DNA of 64,000 nucleotides from Afipia sp. Lineage in GTDB: Bacteria > Pseudomonadota > Alphaproteobacteria > Rhizobiales > Xanthobacteraceae. The translations under genes were made by a program, and so were the position numbers. Below are positions 19,626 to 27,675 of this stretch, piece after piece. How positions within the stretch are numbered: position 1 is the first letter of the stretch; every line of letters starts with the position of its first letter. The stretch covers positions 101,362 to 165,361 of the forward strand of contig JANQAK010000005.1 in the NCBI GenBank assembly GCA_024707075.1, in the 5' to 3' direction. The notes beneath the pieces were generated by a model. The model saw nothing but the letters and a program-made list of their open reading frames with translations. It was not told where the DNA came from and searched no databases.

Positions 19626-21368
19626 CTAAGGCCGCACTCTGGACGCGTCCGAAGGCTCAACGGATTGGGCGCGGTGGAAGAATTGCTTGTGCAGCACCAG
19701 CGGTGTTTCGTTCGCGCCGAGCGTGAAGATGCTGTCCCGATGCGCTGGCCCCATGATGTCGGCCGTTTCGATGACCGGACGCTTGGTGCTTTCAAGTACG
19801 CTGTCGGCTTTGCCGAACGCCCGCGCGATGCGGTCCGCGATGGCGGACGGCGGGTTCATGTACATACGCACGTCGCAGTTTTCCATCATGCCGTCGCCGA
19901 CGCCGGGATAGGCGTGGACGATCTGCTCGGCATATTGCGCGAACATCCAGAGCTTGATGCCATAGGAGCGGCCGACCTCCAGTGCTTCGCGAACGGGCTC
20001 CATCCGGCCAAGTCGCGGCAGTTCGTCGAGCATGAACAGGATCGGTGCGGCGGGTTTGGAGTCGCGGCGCATCAACCGGCGTACATGCTGGCCGATGATG
20101 ACGCGCAGGACCGGGGCGTAGGTCTCGATCGCGTTGGGAGGAATGCAGAGATAGAGTGTGGGGCAGGGCGCGGTCGCCAAATCCTCGGGATGCCAATCGG
20201 AGTGCCCGGTGACACGCTCAAGCTTGGGCCCTTCCCATACTTGCAAATGCTGCGAGGCACCGCTGAGCACCCCTTCAAACTGCCTGGGGGCGGCTTTTGC
20301 CATTTGGCCAAAGCGCGCGGCCACGCGCTTCATCGCGGAGGGTAGCGGGCAATCAACATGGCTGACGGTCGCGAACATGTCAGCGAGACCAATGGTTGCG
20401 ACCAGGTCGAGCACTTGCGACATCTTTCTCGCGTCCGCTTCGTTCACGACTACATAGGCAATGATAAGGGTCAGCAGGTCCTTGCCCTGGCTTTCCCAGG
20501 TCGGATCGTGCTGGCTGCGCGTCACGACCAGGAGTTCGGCGAGGAATCGGGCGCTCTCCCACAACTCGTCGGGATGATCATCAACGAAGGCGAGTGGATT
20601 GTAGCTGGCGCTGTGTTCAGGCTCGACGGGGTTGAAGCGGATCACCGGTCCGATGTTCGCGCTGCGCCATGCCGCCGTGTGTTCGTGGCACTCGCCCTTG
20701 ATGTCGAGCACGATCGCGGGTCCACGGTACGACGCCAGCGCAGGCAATACGTGGCATTGGGTCTTGCCCTTGCCGGACGGCGCGATGGTGAGAAGCGAGG
20801 CTTCGCCGACGTAATGGACGGTCTTGCCGTTGGCGGGATTTTGGCCAAGTGGAAGCGCGTAAGGGCCGGGTTCTTCCGAGAACAGCGCTGAGTCCAGTCC
20901 TGTGGGTTTCGGCGGGGTAACGTGGCGGGCCAGCCAGGCCCGCAAGACCGGCGGAGAATCCGCCTGCTGATGTTCGCGGATTTTTTCGCTGATGAGGTTG
21001 GCGTAGGCCGACAGGTTCTTGGGGACGAAGTGTTCGGAGCGGTCGCTGATGAGACCATGCATGACCGCGTGGTCATGACCCGGATAGGTCACGCCGGAAA
21101 ACGCTGCTTTCCCGTCGGCGTAGGTGGCCGACGCGATGAGCTGTTCGGCCGTCGCGCGGTCAATCGAGCCGATACCCGCCAACAGCATGGTGAACTGGAA
21201 AACAAACTTCTCGTACTCGGAAAACTGATACGCGGGGCGGGCGAAGACGTAGGAGCCTTCGTTCAGCTTCCAGCCCGCCTTGACGATGTCGGTCGGCTCC
21301 TGAAACGTCTTCTCGGCAATCACGAGAAAACGCTGCAACGGCTCGTCGAAGGGATGAGGGCTGTCCAT
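19626..21368 (-). CDS. VirD4/TraG-type coupling protein 2 with soluble N-terminal extension
   Basis: APSGKGKT, LDIKGE, YNPL, FMLDELP, GRSYGIKLW. Confidence 0.85.
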   Translation of the reverse strand: MDSPHPFDEPLQRFLVIAEKTFQEPTDIVKAGWKLNEGSYVFARPAYQFSEYEKFVFQFTMLLAGIGSIDRATAEQLIASATYADGKAAFSGVTYPGHDHAVMHGLISDRSEHFVPKNLSAYANLISEKIREHQQADSPPVLRAWLARHVTPPKPTGLDSALFSEEPGPYALPLGQNPANGKTVHYVGEASLLTIAPSGKGKTQCHVLPALASYRGPAIVLDIKGECHEHTAAWRSANIGPVIRFNPVEPEHSASYNPLAFVDDHPDELWESARFLAELLVVTRSQHDPTWESQGKDLLTLIIAYVVVNEADARKMSQVLDLVATIGLADMFATVSHVDCPLPSAMKRVAARFGQMAKAAPRQFEGVLSGASQHLQVWEGPKLERVTGHSDWHPEDLATAPCPTLYLCIPPNAIETYAPVLRVIIGQHVRRLMRRDSKPAAPILFMLDELPRLGRMEPVREALEVGRSYGIKLWMFAQYAEQIVHAYPGVGDGMMENCDVRMYMNPPSAIADRIARAFGKADSVLESTKRPVIETADIMGPAHRDSIFTLGANETPLVLHKQFFHRAQSVEPSDASRVRP

Positions 21369-21373
21369 CGGCG

Positions 21374-22150
21374 TCAGAAGCGATCCATCTGGCGCTGCAC
21401 CACGTGCGCGATAGCCAGCTTCTTCTCGTTGATGAGACGAATGATCTCGGAGCCGCTGGATTGGAAATACCGGGGGCCGTCAAATTGGACGATGTAGACC
21501 TCTCCGGTTTTGAAATTCCATCCGACGATGTGACAGTGGTAAAGGCCGCGCGGGACCTGGACGGTCTGCTTGTCCTGGGTTTCGACCATGGCGGCACCAT
21601 CGGAGATTTCCGCGACGAATTTGGCGGGGAGTACCGGGTCAACCGGCTCAAAGTATTCGATGGCGCTAAGCTGGGGCTCCGAGCCATCGCGGCCAAACGC
21701 GACGGTGAATTCGAAACCGTCCTCTGAGCTGTAATCGCCGTCCTCGAACGGCAGGCCTGCGGGGTTGAGCTGGGTATCGCCCATCAAGGCGACAAAGTCG
21801 GCGAACAGGTGTTCCTCATCCTCCATGTTGCTCATCTGAAGGGACACCGCGCCGTCTTGGTGGGCAAACCCGAAGCGGGGATAATCATAGGTCTGGGCGT
21901 GCCAGCTCACCGACCAGAACTTGCCGGGGTCCACCCGGAGCTCACGAAAACCGTCCCAGGCGCGGATGAAGCCCGCAGGTGAGGTAGTGCGAAAGCGGCG
22001 TGCGCCTTCATCAAGGTATAGCGAACTTCCGGCTTCGACCTTCACGAGGGAAAAGTCGATCCTGGCGGGACTGCCATCGCGGATGTTGAGGGGCTGTAAC
22101 CACGGCAAAACAATTTCAGCCGCCTCCTGGGCGACAATTTCCAAAGCCAT
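21374..22150 (-). CDS. Hypothetical protein, likely co-transcribed with coupling protein 2 (start uncertain)
   Basis: 5-nt gap to the T4CP2 ATG; acidic, aromatic-rich, no recognisable motif. Confidence 0.6.
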   Translation of the reverse strand: MALEIVAQEAAEIVLPWLQPLNIRDGSPARIDFSLVKVEAGSSLYLDEGARRFRTTSPAGFIRAWDGFRELRVDPGKFWSVSWHAQTYDYPRFGFAHQDGAVSLQMSNMEDEEHLFADFVALMGDTQLNPAGLPFEDGDYSSEDGFEFTVAFGRDGSEPQLSAIEYFEPVDPVLPAKFVAEISDGAAMVETQDKQTVQVPRGLYHCHIVGWNFKTGEVYIVQFDGPRYFQSSGSEIIRLINEKKLAIAHVVQRQMDRF

Positions 22151-22359
22151 CGGGGAAAATCCAAAAAGTAAAACCGGGTTGCCAGCATCGAATATCCCGG
22201 CCCGAAACGTCAAGGCTTCCCGCACGACGACCCGGCAGTCAGGAGCTTCGCCCAGACATTCGGCGGGCGGCCGGGCCGCCATCGGACCTGCGTCCCGCTG
22301 GCGTGCCACGGCCGTTCTTGATTCCTGGCGGGATTTGGAGATAGCCTGGCCGGGTCGTT

Positions 22360-22390
22360 AGGGCGCACTTATGGGTTTGCAGGCAAACCC
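22360..22390 (-). mobile_element. oriT2 (RSF1010-like)
   Basis: AGGGCGCACTTA (minus strand TAAGTGCG^CCCT) plus perfect inverted repeat GGGTTTGC-AG-GCAAACCC. Confidence 0.9.
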
Positions 22391-22411
22391 GCGCCCTTCG
22401 GGAGTGCTCGT

Positions 22412-23335
22412 GTGGCGATCTACAGCCTTCACCACAGCCCCGTTGGCAAATCGACCCAGGCGCAGGCTTACACCGCCGCCGCGCATATCAAATACATTAC
22501 CAGGGCGAGAGCATTGAGCCGGGTGGCGGGTGCCCGCATGCCGACCGCTCCCGAAGACGCTATGCGATTCTTGCGGGGAGCCGAAGACACGGACCGGAAG
22601 AATGCGCGGGTGATCGATAAGGTCATGCTGGCCTTGCCGCGCGAGTTGAACGCCAGGCAGCGGGTCGAGCTGGTTCGGGCATATGCCGAGGCGATCACGC
22701 AGGGGCGCGCCTCCTGGCTCGCAGCCTTCCATGAGAAGGGCAAGGATGCCCAGAATCCGCATTGCCATCTGGTCATCCGCGACCGGGATTTTGAAAGCGG
22801 CAAGCGCGTGTTCGGCATGAGCGAAAACGGTTCGACCGAGAAACTGCGGGTGCTGTGGCAGGAATGTGCCAATGCGGCTCTGGTGCAGGCCGACAAGGAG
22901 GCCAGGATCGATCACCGCACGCTTGAGGCGCAGGGCATCGCCCGTGCACCAACCATCCATGAAGGCGTTCGCGGCCGCCGGATGCATCGCGAACGGCGGA
23001 AGGTCTCCTCACGCAAGCGCACGCGGCGTAACGCCGTGTCGGCCAGAAGCCGCAGCCGCGCGGTCGATTACCCGGCGATCGACAAGGGGCGTTCGCGTTG
23101 CGCCTACAATGAGGTTTTGCGGGCGCGCGCCAACGAGACGGCTTCGGATTATTGGCAGGCGCTTGATGCGGACGCGCAGCACAGGGAGATTGAACAGCTC
23201 CGCGCGATTCATAAACCTTCCCCCACGACCGCGGAGGGGCAGCGCGCGGTATTCCGCACGTACATGCGGAAAGCCAAGCCCGCCACTGCAACAAAGCATA
23301 CACGTAGCCGCGACGATGAGCACGAGCCTGAGTAA
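22412..23335 (+). CDS. MobA/MobL (MobQ) relaxase 2
   Basis: MAIYSL, KVMLALPREL, AAFHE...NPHCHLVIRDRD, IDHRTLEAQGI; GGAG RBS. Confidence 0.9.
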   Translation: MAIYSLHHSPVGKSTQAQAYTAAAHIKYITRARALSRVAGARMPTAPEDAMRFLRGAEDTDRKNARVIDKVMLALPRELNARQRVELVRAYAEAITQGRASWLAAFHEKGKDAQNPHCHLVIRDRDFESGKRVFGMSENGSTEKLRVLWQECANAALVQADKEARIDHRTLEAQGIARAPTIHEGVRGRRMHRERRKVSSRKRTRRNAVSARSRSRAVDYPAIDKGRSRCAYNEVLRARANETASDYWQALDADAQHREIEQLRAIHKPSPTTAEGQRAVFRTYMRKAKPATATKHTRSRDDEHEPE

Positions 23336-23703
23336 TGCTTGTCAACCGGGCCAGCTTTACCCATCATGAACTCATGGCTGATGCCTTGCCCACGCTGGAA
23401 GAGAACGTCGATTGGCGGCAGAAGATCGTGGAAACGCTTGCGGCGAAGCACGAGGCCATAGCGGAAATCGACCGCATGGAAGCCATCATTGCAGAAGCCC
23501 AGGTGGAGATAGATGCGATCCGCGAGTACATGCAGCTCAATCCAGATCCCGACACTGAATTATACGGCTTCGACTGGGCAACCCGCCTGATCGAGGATCA
23601 AAAGTTCTATAATGATCGCATTGCGCTCATGCGCCGTTGCATCGAAACGTTTGATAGGTACGTCGCTGCCGTTCAACCATTGGTGGGATCAAATGACGGA
23701 TGA
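23335..23703 (+). CDS. Hypothetical coiled-coil protein
   Basis: Start overlaps the relaxase stop; helical heptad pattern. Confidence 0.55.
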   Translation: MLVNRASFTHHELMADALPTLEENVDWRQKIVETLAAKHEAIAEIDRMEAIIAEAQVEIDAIREYMQLNPDPDTELYGFDWATRLIEDQKFYNDRIALMRRCIETFDRYVAAVQPLVGSNDG

Positions 23704-24106
23704 GGAAGATGCAACGGCCATCAAGATATTCCTGAAGAGCGGCAAGCCCGCAGATGCGCTTGATCTGTTGGCCATAGAGCGCCGTATCGCGGTTTTGGAA
23801 AGGAAAAGGACCGAGCTGGAGTCCAAGTCGCGGCTTATCCCCGGTCGCAGTGCGCACCTTCGACAGGTAAGGGAGGAGATTGCCGCGCTTGGCTGGGCAG
23901 AAATGTCAGCCAAGGAGCAAGTGCGCGCCAATCGTTACCAGTCCGAAATCCATCAAAAAGAAAAGGAGCGGGCGGTATCCGCCTCCAAACTTGCTTCACA
24001 AGAGCGGGAGGCCTTTCAGGCTTTTGTGGCTGCCCGCAAGGCCGAGGCTTCGTCGGACAAGAATGCAATATCAAGAGAATCCGAGTGCGGGAATGAGCCA
24101 GATTGA
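23693..24106 (+). CDS. Hypothetical coiled-coil protein
   Basis: Overlaps upstream gene; charged helical sequence. Confidence 0.55.
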   Translation: MTDEEDATAIKIFLKSGKPADALDLLAIERRIAVLERKRTELESKSRLIPGRSAHLRQVREEIAALGWAEMSAKEQVRANRYQSEIHQKEKERAVSASKLASQEREAFQAFVAARKAEASSDKNAISRESECGNEPD

Positions 24107-24115
24107 ACACTCTCT

Positions 24116-25258
24116 CTAATTGAGTGCCCGGGGCTTAAGCTCCAGTATTCCGCTTGAGAATGTAACGTTGAACCGGGCGAGGAAGGTCATTCCCAGCAGG
24201 CCATCGATCTGGTCGCCGAAGGCAGTTTCTCTGCCGACCGATATGGCCACCGGGACGCTGGTAGCACTTGTTTGGCCGACCTGGATAAGTTGGGCATAGC
24301 CCGGCGCGGATTGCACCGTGCCTCCGACCACTTGGAACGTCATCAGGTTCTGTTCGTCGGGGAGTATGCGCGCGCGGGCTGCCAGCCCGGGTGTGATCGA
24401 AACCATGGAGGCACCGGTATCAACAATCATGCGTGCCTTGACGCCGTTAATCGTTACATCGACGATATTGTTCTGTGTAATCCAGACTTTGTCGCTGCCG
24501 GATGCGTAGCTCGCGCGGCAGTTGCCGTCGTTGGCATATTCCGTGATCATTTTTGTGAGCTGTGGCGTCTGCCGCTTTGTGACATTGTACGAAATGTACA
24601 TCTCAAGCGGCGTGATCGCGTCGCAGTATCGTCCGATTGCCGCATACATGCGTGAGATGCGATAGAACTCGCTTACCGAAACGTTCGATAGATCGGTGAA
24701 GAGCTGGAGAGCGCTGACATAGTCGCTGAGTGCGCCTCGTGGGTTCTTCATTCCTTCATATGCCGTCCCACGCAGATAGCGGTAACGGCTTCGCGCCTGG
24801 TCGAGTTTGATCATCTCGTTGGCGACGGCGACGGCGCTGCTGAAATCATTGATCCGGGTCAGCGCGGCATATGCTTCCTCAAGAAGCTGGCTGTTGTGTC
24901 CGCAGCGCTCACCGAATTTACGTGCGGCGGTCGCTCCATCCCGGGGATACCCAACGCTCACCAGCAGTTTGACGAGCGGCAATATGGCTTCCCTATCGCA
25001 CGGCTCACGCTGGAGTTGGCCAAGAAATTTCGTGCCAGAGGCGCTCTTTTCAACGTCTGCGGTGGATGCGGGCGATAGGCCAAGCTGTTCGTAAACCGAT
25101 TTGAAATCAGGTCGCGAGTTGGCGATGCTCAGCGGGTAAGTTTGGCTAAAATAGATGTAAGCACCCACCGCAATCGCAATAAGCGTGGAGAAGCCTACGG
25201 CAATTGGGACGAAGTAACCTGAGCGTTCCGTGTAGGGCGGTGCAATTCGTTCGGGCAT
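24116..25258 (-). CDS. Membrane-anchored TPR + retropepsin-like aspartic protease
   Basis: N-terminal TM, TPR-like helices, MIVDTGAS, GLLGMTFL. Confidence 0.85.
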   Translation of the reverse strand: MPERIAPPYTERSGYFVPIAVGFSTLIAIAVGAYIYFSQTYPLSIANSRPDFKSVYEQLGLSPASTADVEKSASGTKFLGQLQREPCDREAILPLVKLLVSVGYPRDGATAARKFGERCGHNSQLLEEAYAALTRINDFSSAVAVANEMIKLDQARSRYRYLRGTAYEGMKNPRGALSDYVSALQLFTDLSNVSVSEFYRISRMYAAIGRYCDAITPLEMYISYNVTKRQTPQLTKMITEYANDGNCRASYASGSDKVWITQNNIVDVTINGVKARMIVDTGASMVSITPGLAARARILPDEQNLMTFQVVGGTVQSAPGYAQLIQVGQTSATSVPVAISVGRETAFGDQIDGLLGMTFLARFNVTFSSGILELKPRALN

Positions 25259-25512
25259 GGCAATACCATTGCGACGCCCGGCCTGTGATTACGGCGTCAG
25301 CATTCACATGCCGTTTTAGCGAATATCCTGATTTACGCATGAGAGCTGTAAGCGCAGATTGAAAGCAAACTAACCAATGAGAAGCAGTATTGATTGAATT
25401 GCCTAAGTTCGCGAAATGATTCAACTATCTCGGATAGCGACGGCCTCGATGCGTCTTCGGCGCTTAGACTTGCAAAAATCAGAACATTTGCAACGTTCGT
25501 TGAACGATAGCC

Positions 25513-25775
25513 ATGACCATTCTGGGATACGCTCGTGTTAGCACTGCAACCCAAGAGCTCGATATCCAGCTTGCTCAGTTAAAGCAGGCTGGTTGTTCGA
25601 AGCTATTTTTCGAAAAAGAGAGCGGCATTAAGGATGACCGTCGCGCTCTTAGAGATATGTTGCGCATAATCGAGCCTGGAGACGTTGTTGTCGTTCCTGC
25701 ACTGGATCGATTGACACGAGGTGGTGCTTTCAAAACGCTTCTCATCCTCGACGAAATCACATCGCGCGGTGCGAC
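25513..25775 (+). pseudogene. Truncated serine recombinase (resolvase) N-terminus
   Basis: GYARVST, EKESG, PGDVVVVPALDRLTR; similarity stops at ~25775. Confidence 0.85.
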
Positions 25776-26036
25776 TTGCCGGTCAAACTGCTTTTGCAGC
25801 GTAGGCGCTATTGCTTGATACGCTTCAAGATGTTGGGCAAGCATGCTTGCTGTCTGTGTGGCTTTCGCCACATCCAGCGCCTTATAGGTATCTAAGACTG
25901 AAGATGCAGCTCCTTGAAGTTTCAGGGCCTGCTCGGCGTTGCTGAATATGCCTGCAGCCCTTAAATTCTGCATTTGCTCTGCTACCAAGCGGTGGTTCGA
26001 AAATAGCGGGTCCATAAGCGGATCACGATGCTTCAT
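25776..26036 (-). pseudogene. Probable 5' remnant of an unknown gene joined tail-to-tail to the resolvase remnant
   Basis: Helical 85-aa N-terminus, then the ORF runs antisense through the resolvase. Confidence 0.35.
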
Positions 26037-26279
26037 GTGCGACTTTGCTTTCAGGAAGAATCTGTTAGGAGTTGGTCGCTATCCTATCCTGATCGGCCCC
26101 TATCAGCGATGTATGCAATTTAAATGGCGATCGTCGGGCAATTTTGCAGCCGCTAATCCTAATTTCTTCAATGATTTAGCGGTGTGCGTAGACGCAGGGG
26201 ACATTGCCGCTCGATTTCCGCAGAAATCCGGGGCTTTGAACTAGCACGTTAGTCCTTTGCGGCTATAAGAATAAATTCC

Positions 26280-26313
26280 TCGACCGAAATCCAACCCTGA
26301 CTTATAACCGCGC
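26280..26313 (+). promoter_or_regulatory. Putative sigma70 promoter of the tRNA gene
   Basis: TCGACC-N17-TATAAC then GC-rich discriminator CGCGC, 11 nt before the tRNA. Confidence 0.5.
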
Positions 26314-26324
26314 TGTCCCCCAGT

Positions 26325-26635
26325 GCGGGTGTGGCGAAATTGGTAGACGCAACGGACTTAAACGATCGCTTGATTGCTCGGAGGGAAATCTCCGATGCAG
26401 AACTGCTCAAAGTCGGGGAAACCTTTTAAATGGCAATCCCGAGCCAAGCCCCAACAAGGTTGGGGAAGGTGTAGAGACTAGACGGGCAGCACCTAAGGCA
26501 GTTGAGTTATCTTGCTAGGGTGAAGGGATAGTCCAGACCACAAACGCATTTAAAACGCGGCGGCGAAAGCCGTAGAGGGTAAGAAAATCCGTAGGGCAAT
26601 TGCCTGTCCCGGTTCGAGTCCGGGCGCCCGCACCA
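26325..26635 (+). tRNA. trnL: tRNA-Leu(UAA), intron-containing (exons 26325-26359 and 26584-26635; 87 nt mature)
   Basis: Spliced form: acceptor GCGGGTG/CGCCCGC, anticodon arm ACGGA-CTTAAAA-TCCGT, long variable arm, CCCGG-TTCGAGT-CCGGG, encoded CCA. Confidence 0.95.
26360..26583 (+). ncRNA. Group I intron (trnL/IC3-like, 224 nt, no ORF)
   Basis: Inserted U^AA, ends in G; core elements AAAGTCGGGGAAACC, GGCAATCCCGAGCCAAGC, AGGTGTAGAGACTAGACGG, GAAGGGATAGTCCA; hairpins TCGGAG/CTCCGA, CCCCAAC/GTTGGGG, GCGGC-GAAA-GCCGT. Confidence 0.92.
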
Positions 26636-26654
26636 AATTACAGATTGCAAGAAA

Positions 26655-27671
26655 ATGACCGAAGAGAGGAAAGACAAGCGCCCGATTGACCGCATTCGCG
26701 AGTCGGCAATGAGCATGAGCGTCGGTACGCCCGATGACCAAACACCCATTACGGAGATGATTGGGCTTGGCGGTATTCTCTACATTATAAAGGAGGGCGG
26801 GGTTTATGCGACGCAACTTGCCGATAAAATAGACCCACAGCGAACCAACGCCAGCGTTCCGAATGTTCAGCAGAGGCTCCTTTCGATTGGCTCTAGCTCG
26901 GAATTGGTGGGAAAAACCCTGTTGACGGCCAGAGAACTGCTCAACCCAACATTCCTTCCTGCCGGTTTCGACAAGGAGGCTGGATTAACCTCGGCCCTCT
27001 CTGGCCTCAAGGATCTTGCGGCAATGCAGGATATGGCCGTTAATATCGAGGAAGCACAAAAGAAGGCCGAGGTTCAAGATTATCGTCAGCGCGATCGCTC
27101 GGTGTTGTTGCCATCCGTGGGGGATATTACCGCGCAGACCAAAGCTTTTGCCCAGAAAGCCGACTATGTTCTCCAGTCATTGTTGGGAATAGCCAAGCTG
27201 TTTTATGGAGAGAAGGCAGGGAAGCGCTGGTTCAGATCTCTCGCAGATCTGGCTACGCAACATTACGGTGTTGAAGATGATTTTTCCAAGTTCATGCAGC
27301 AAGCTCTACCGGTGCTGCAGTTCGTAAGGAATGTGCGAAATTGCGTGGAGCACCCAAAGCCAGACCAGTACGTGGTTGCGAGTGACTTTACTTTGAGCCC
27401 GGCTCTTGAACTCGTGCCTCCGACAATCGAGGTTGTTCATCCGAAAACACCGCAGCCGCGCATTCAAGCTTCTGTTTTTATGAGAGATGTCACGGCACAG
27501 CTGGCAGACATCTTTGAGATTATGCTGGCATTTCTTAGTGGAAAGAACGCCCAGCCATTCGCCGGGTTTCCGATCGGCATTATCGTTCTCTTGCCAGAAC
27601 AACGCCGCTCGCCGCATGTGCGCTATTCCTACGGAACTATCATGGGCGACCAAATAAGTCCGATAGGATAG
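26655..27671 (+). CDS. Hypothetical protein with HEPN-like R-x4-H motif
   Basis: VRNVRNCVEHP after a helical region. Confidence 0.55.
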   Translation: MTEERKDKRPIDRIRESAMSMSVGTPDDQTPITEMIGLGGILYIIKEGGVYATQLADKIDPQRTNASVPNVQQRLLSIGSSSELVGKTLLTARELLNPTFLPAGFDKEAGLTSALSGLKDLAAMQDMAVNIEEAQKKAEVQDYRQRDRSVLLPSVGDITAQTKAFAQKADYVLQSLLGIAKLFYGEKAGKRWFRSLADLATQHYGVEDDFSKFMQQALPVLQFVRNVRNCVEHPKPDQYVVASDFTLSPALELVPPTIEVVHPKTPQPRIQASVFMRDVTAQLADIFEIMLAFLSGKNAQPFAGFPIGIIVLLPEQRRSPHVRYSYGTIMGDQISPIG

Positions 27672-27675
27672 AGGC

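Noticed and set aside
26360-26583. Homing endonuclease in the intron; ORFs 26507-26749 and 26550-26816 (-)
   Set aside because: The intron is only 224 nt with no ORF; these ORFs are antisense to the tRNA
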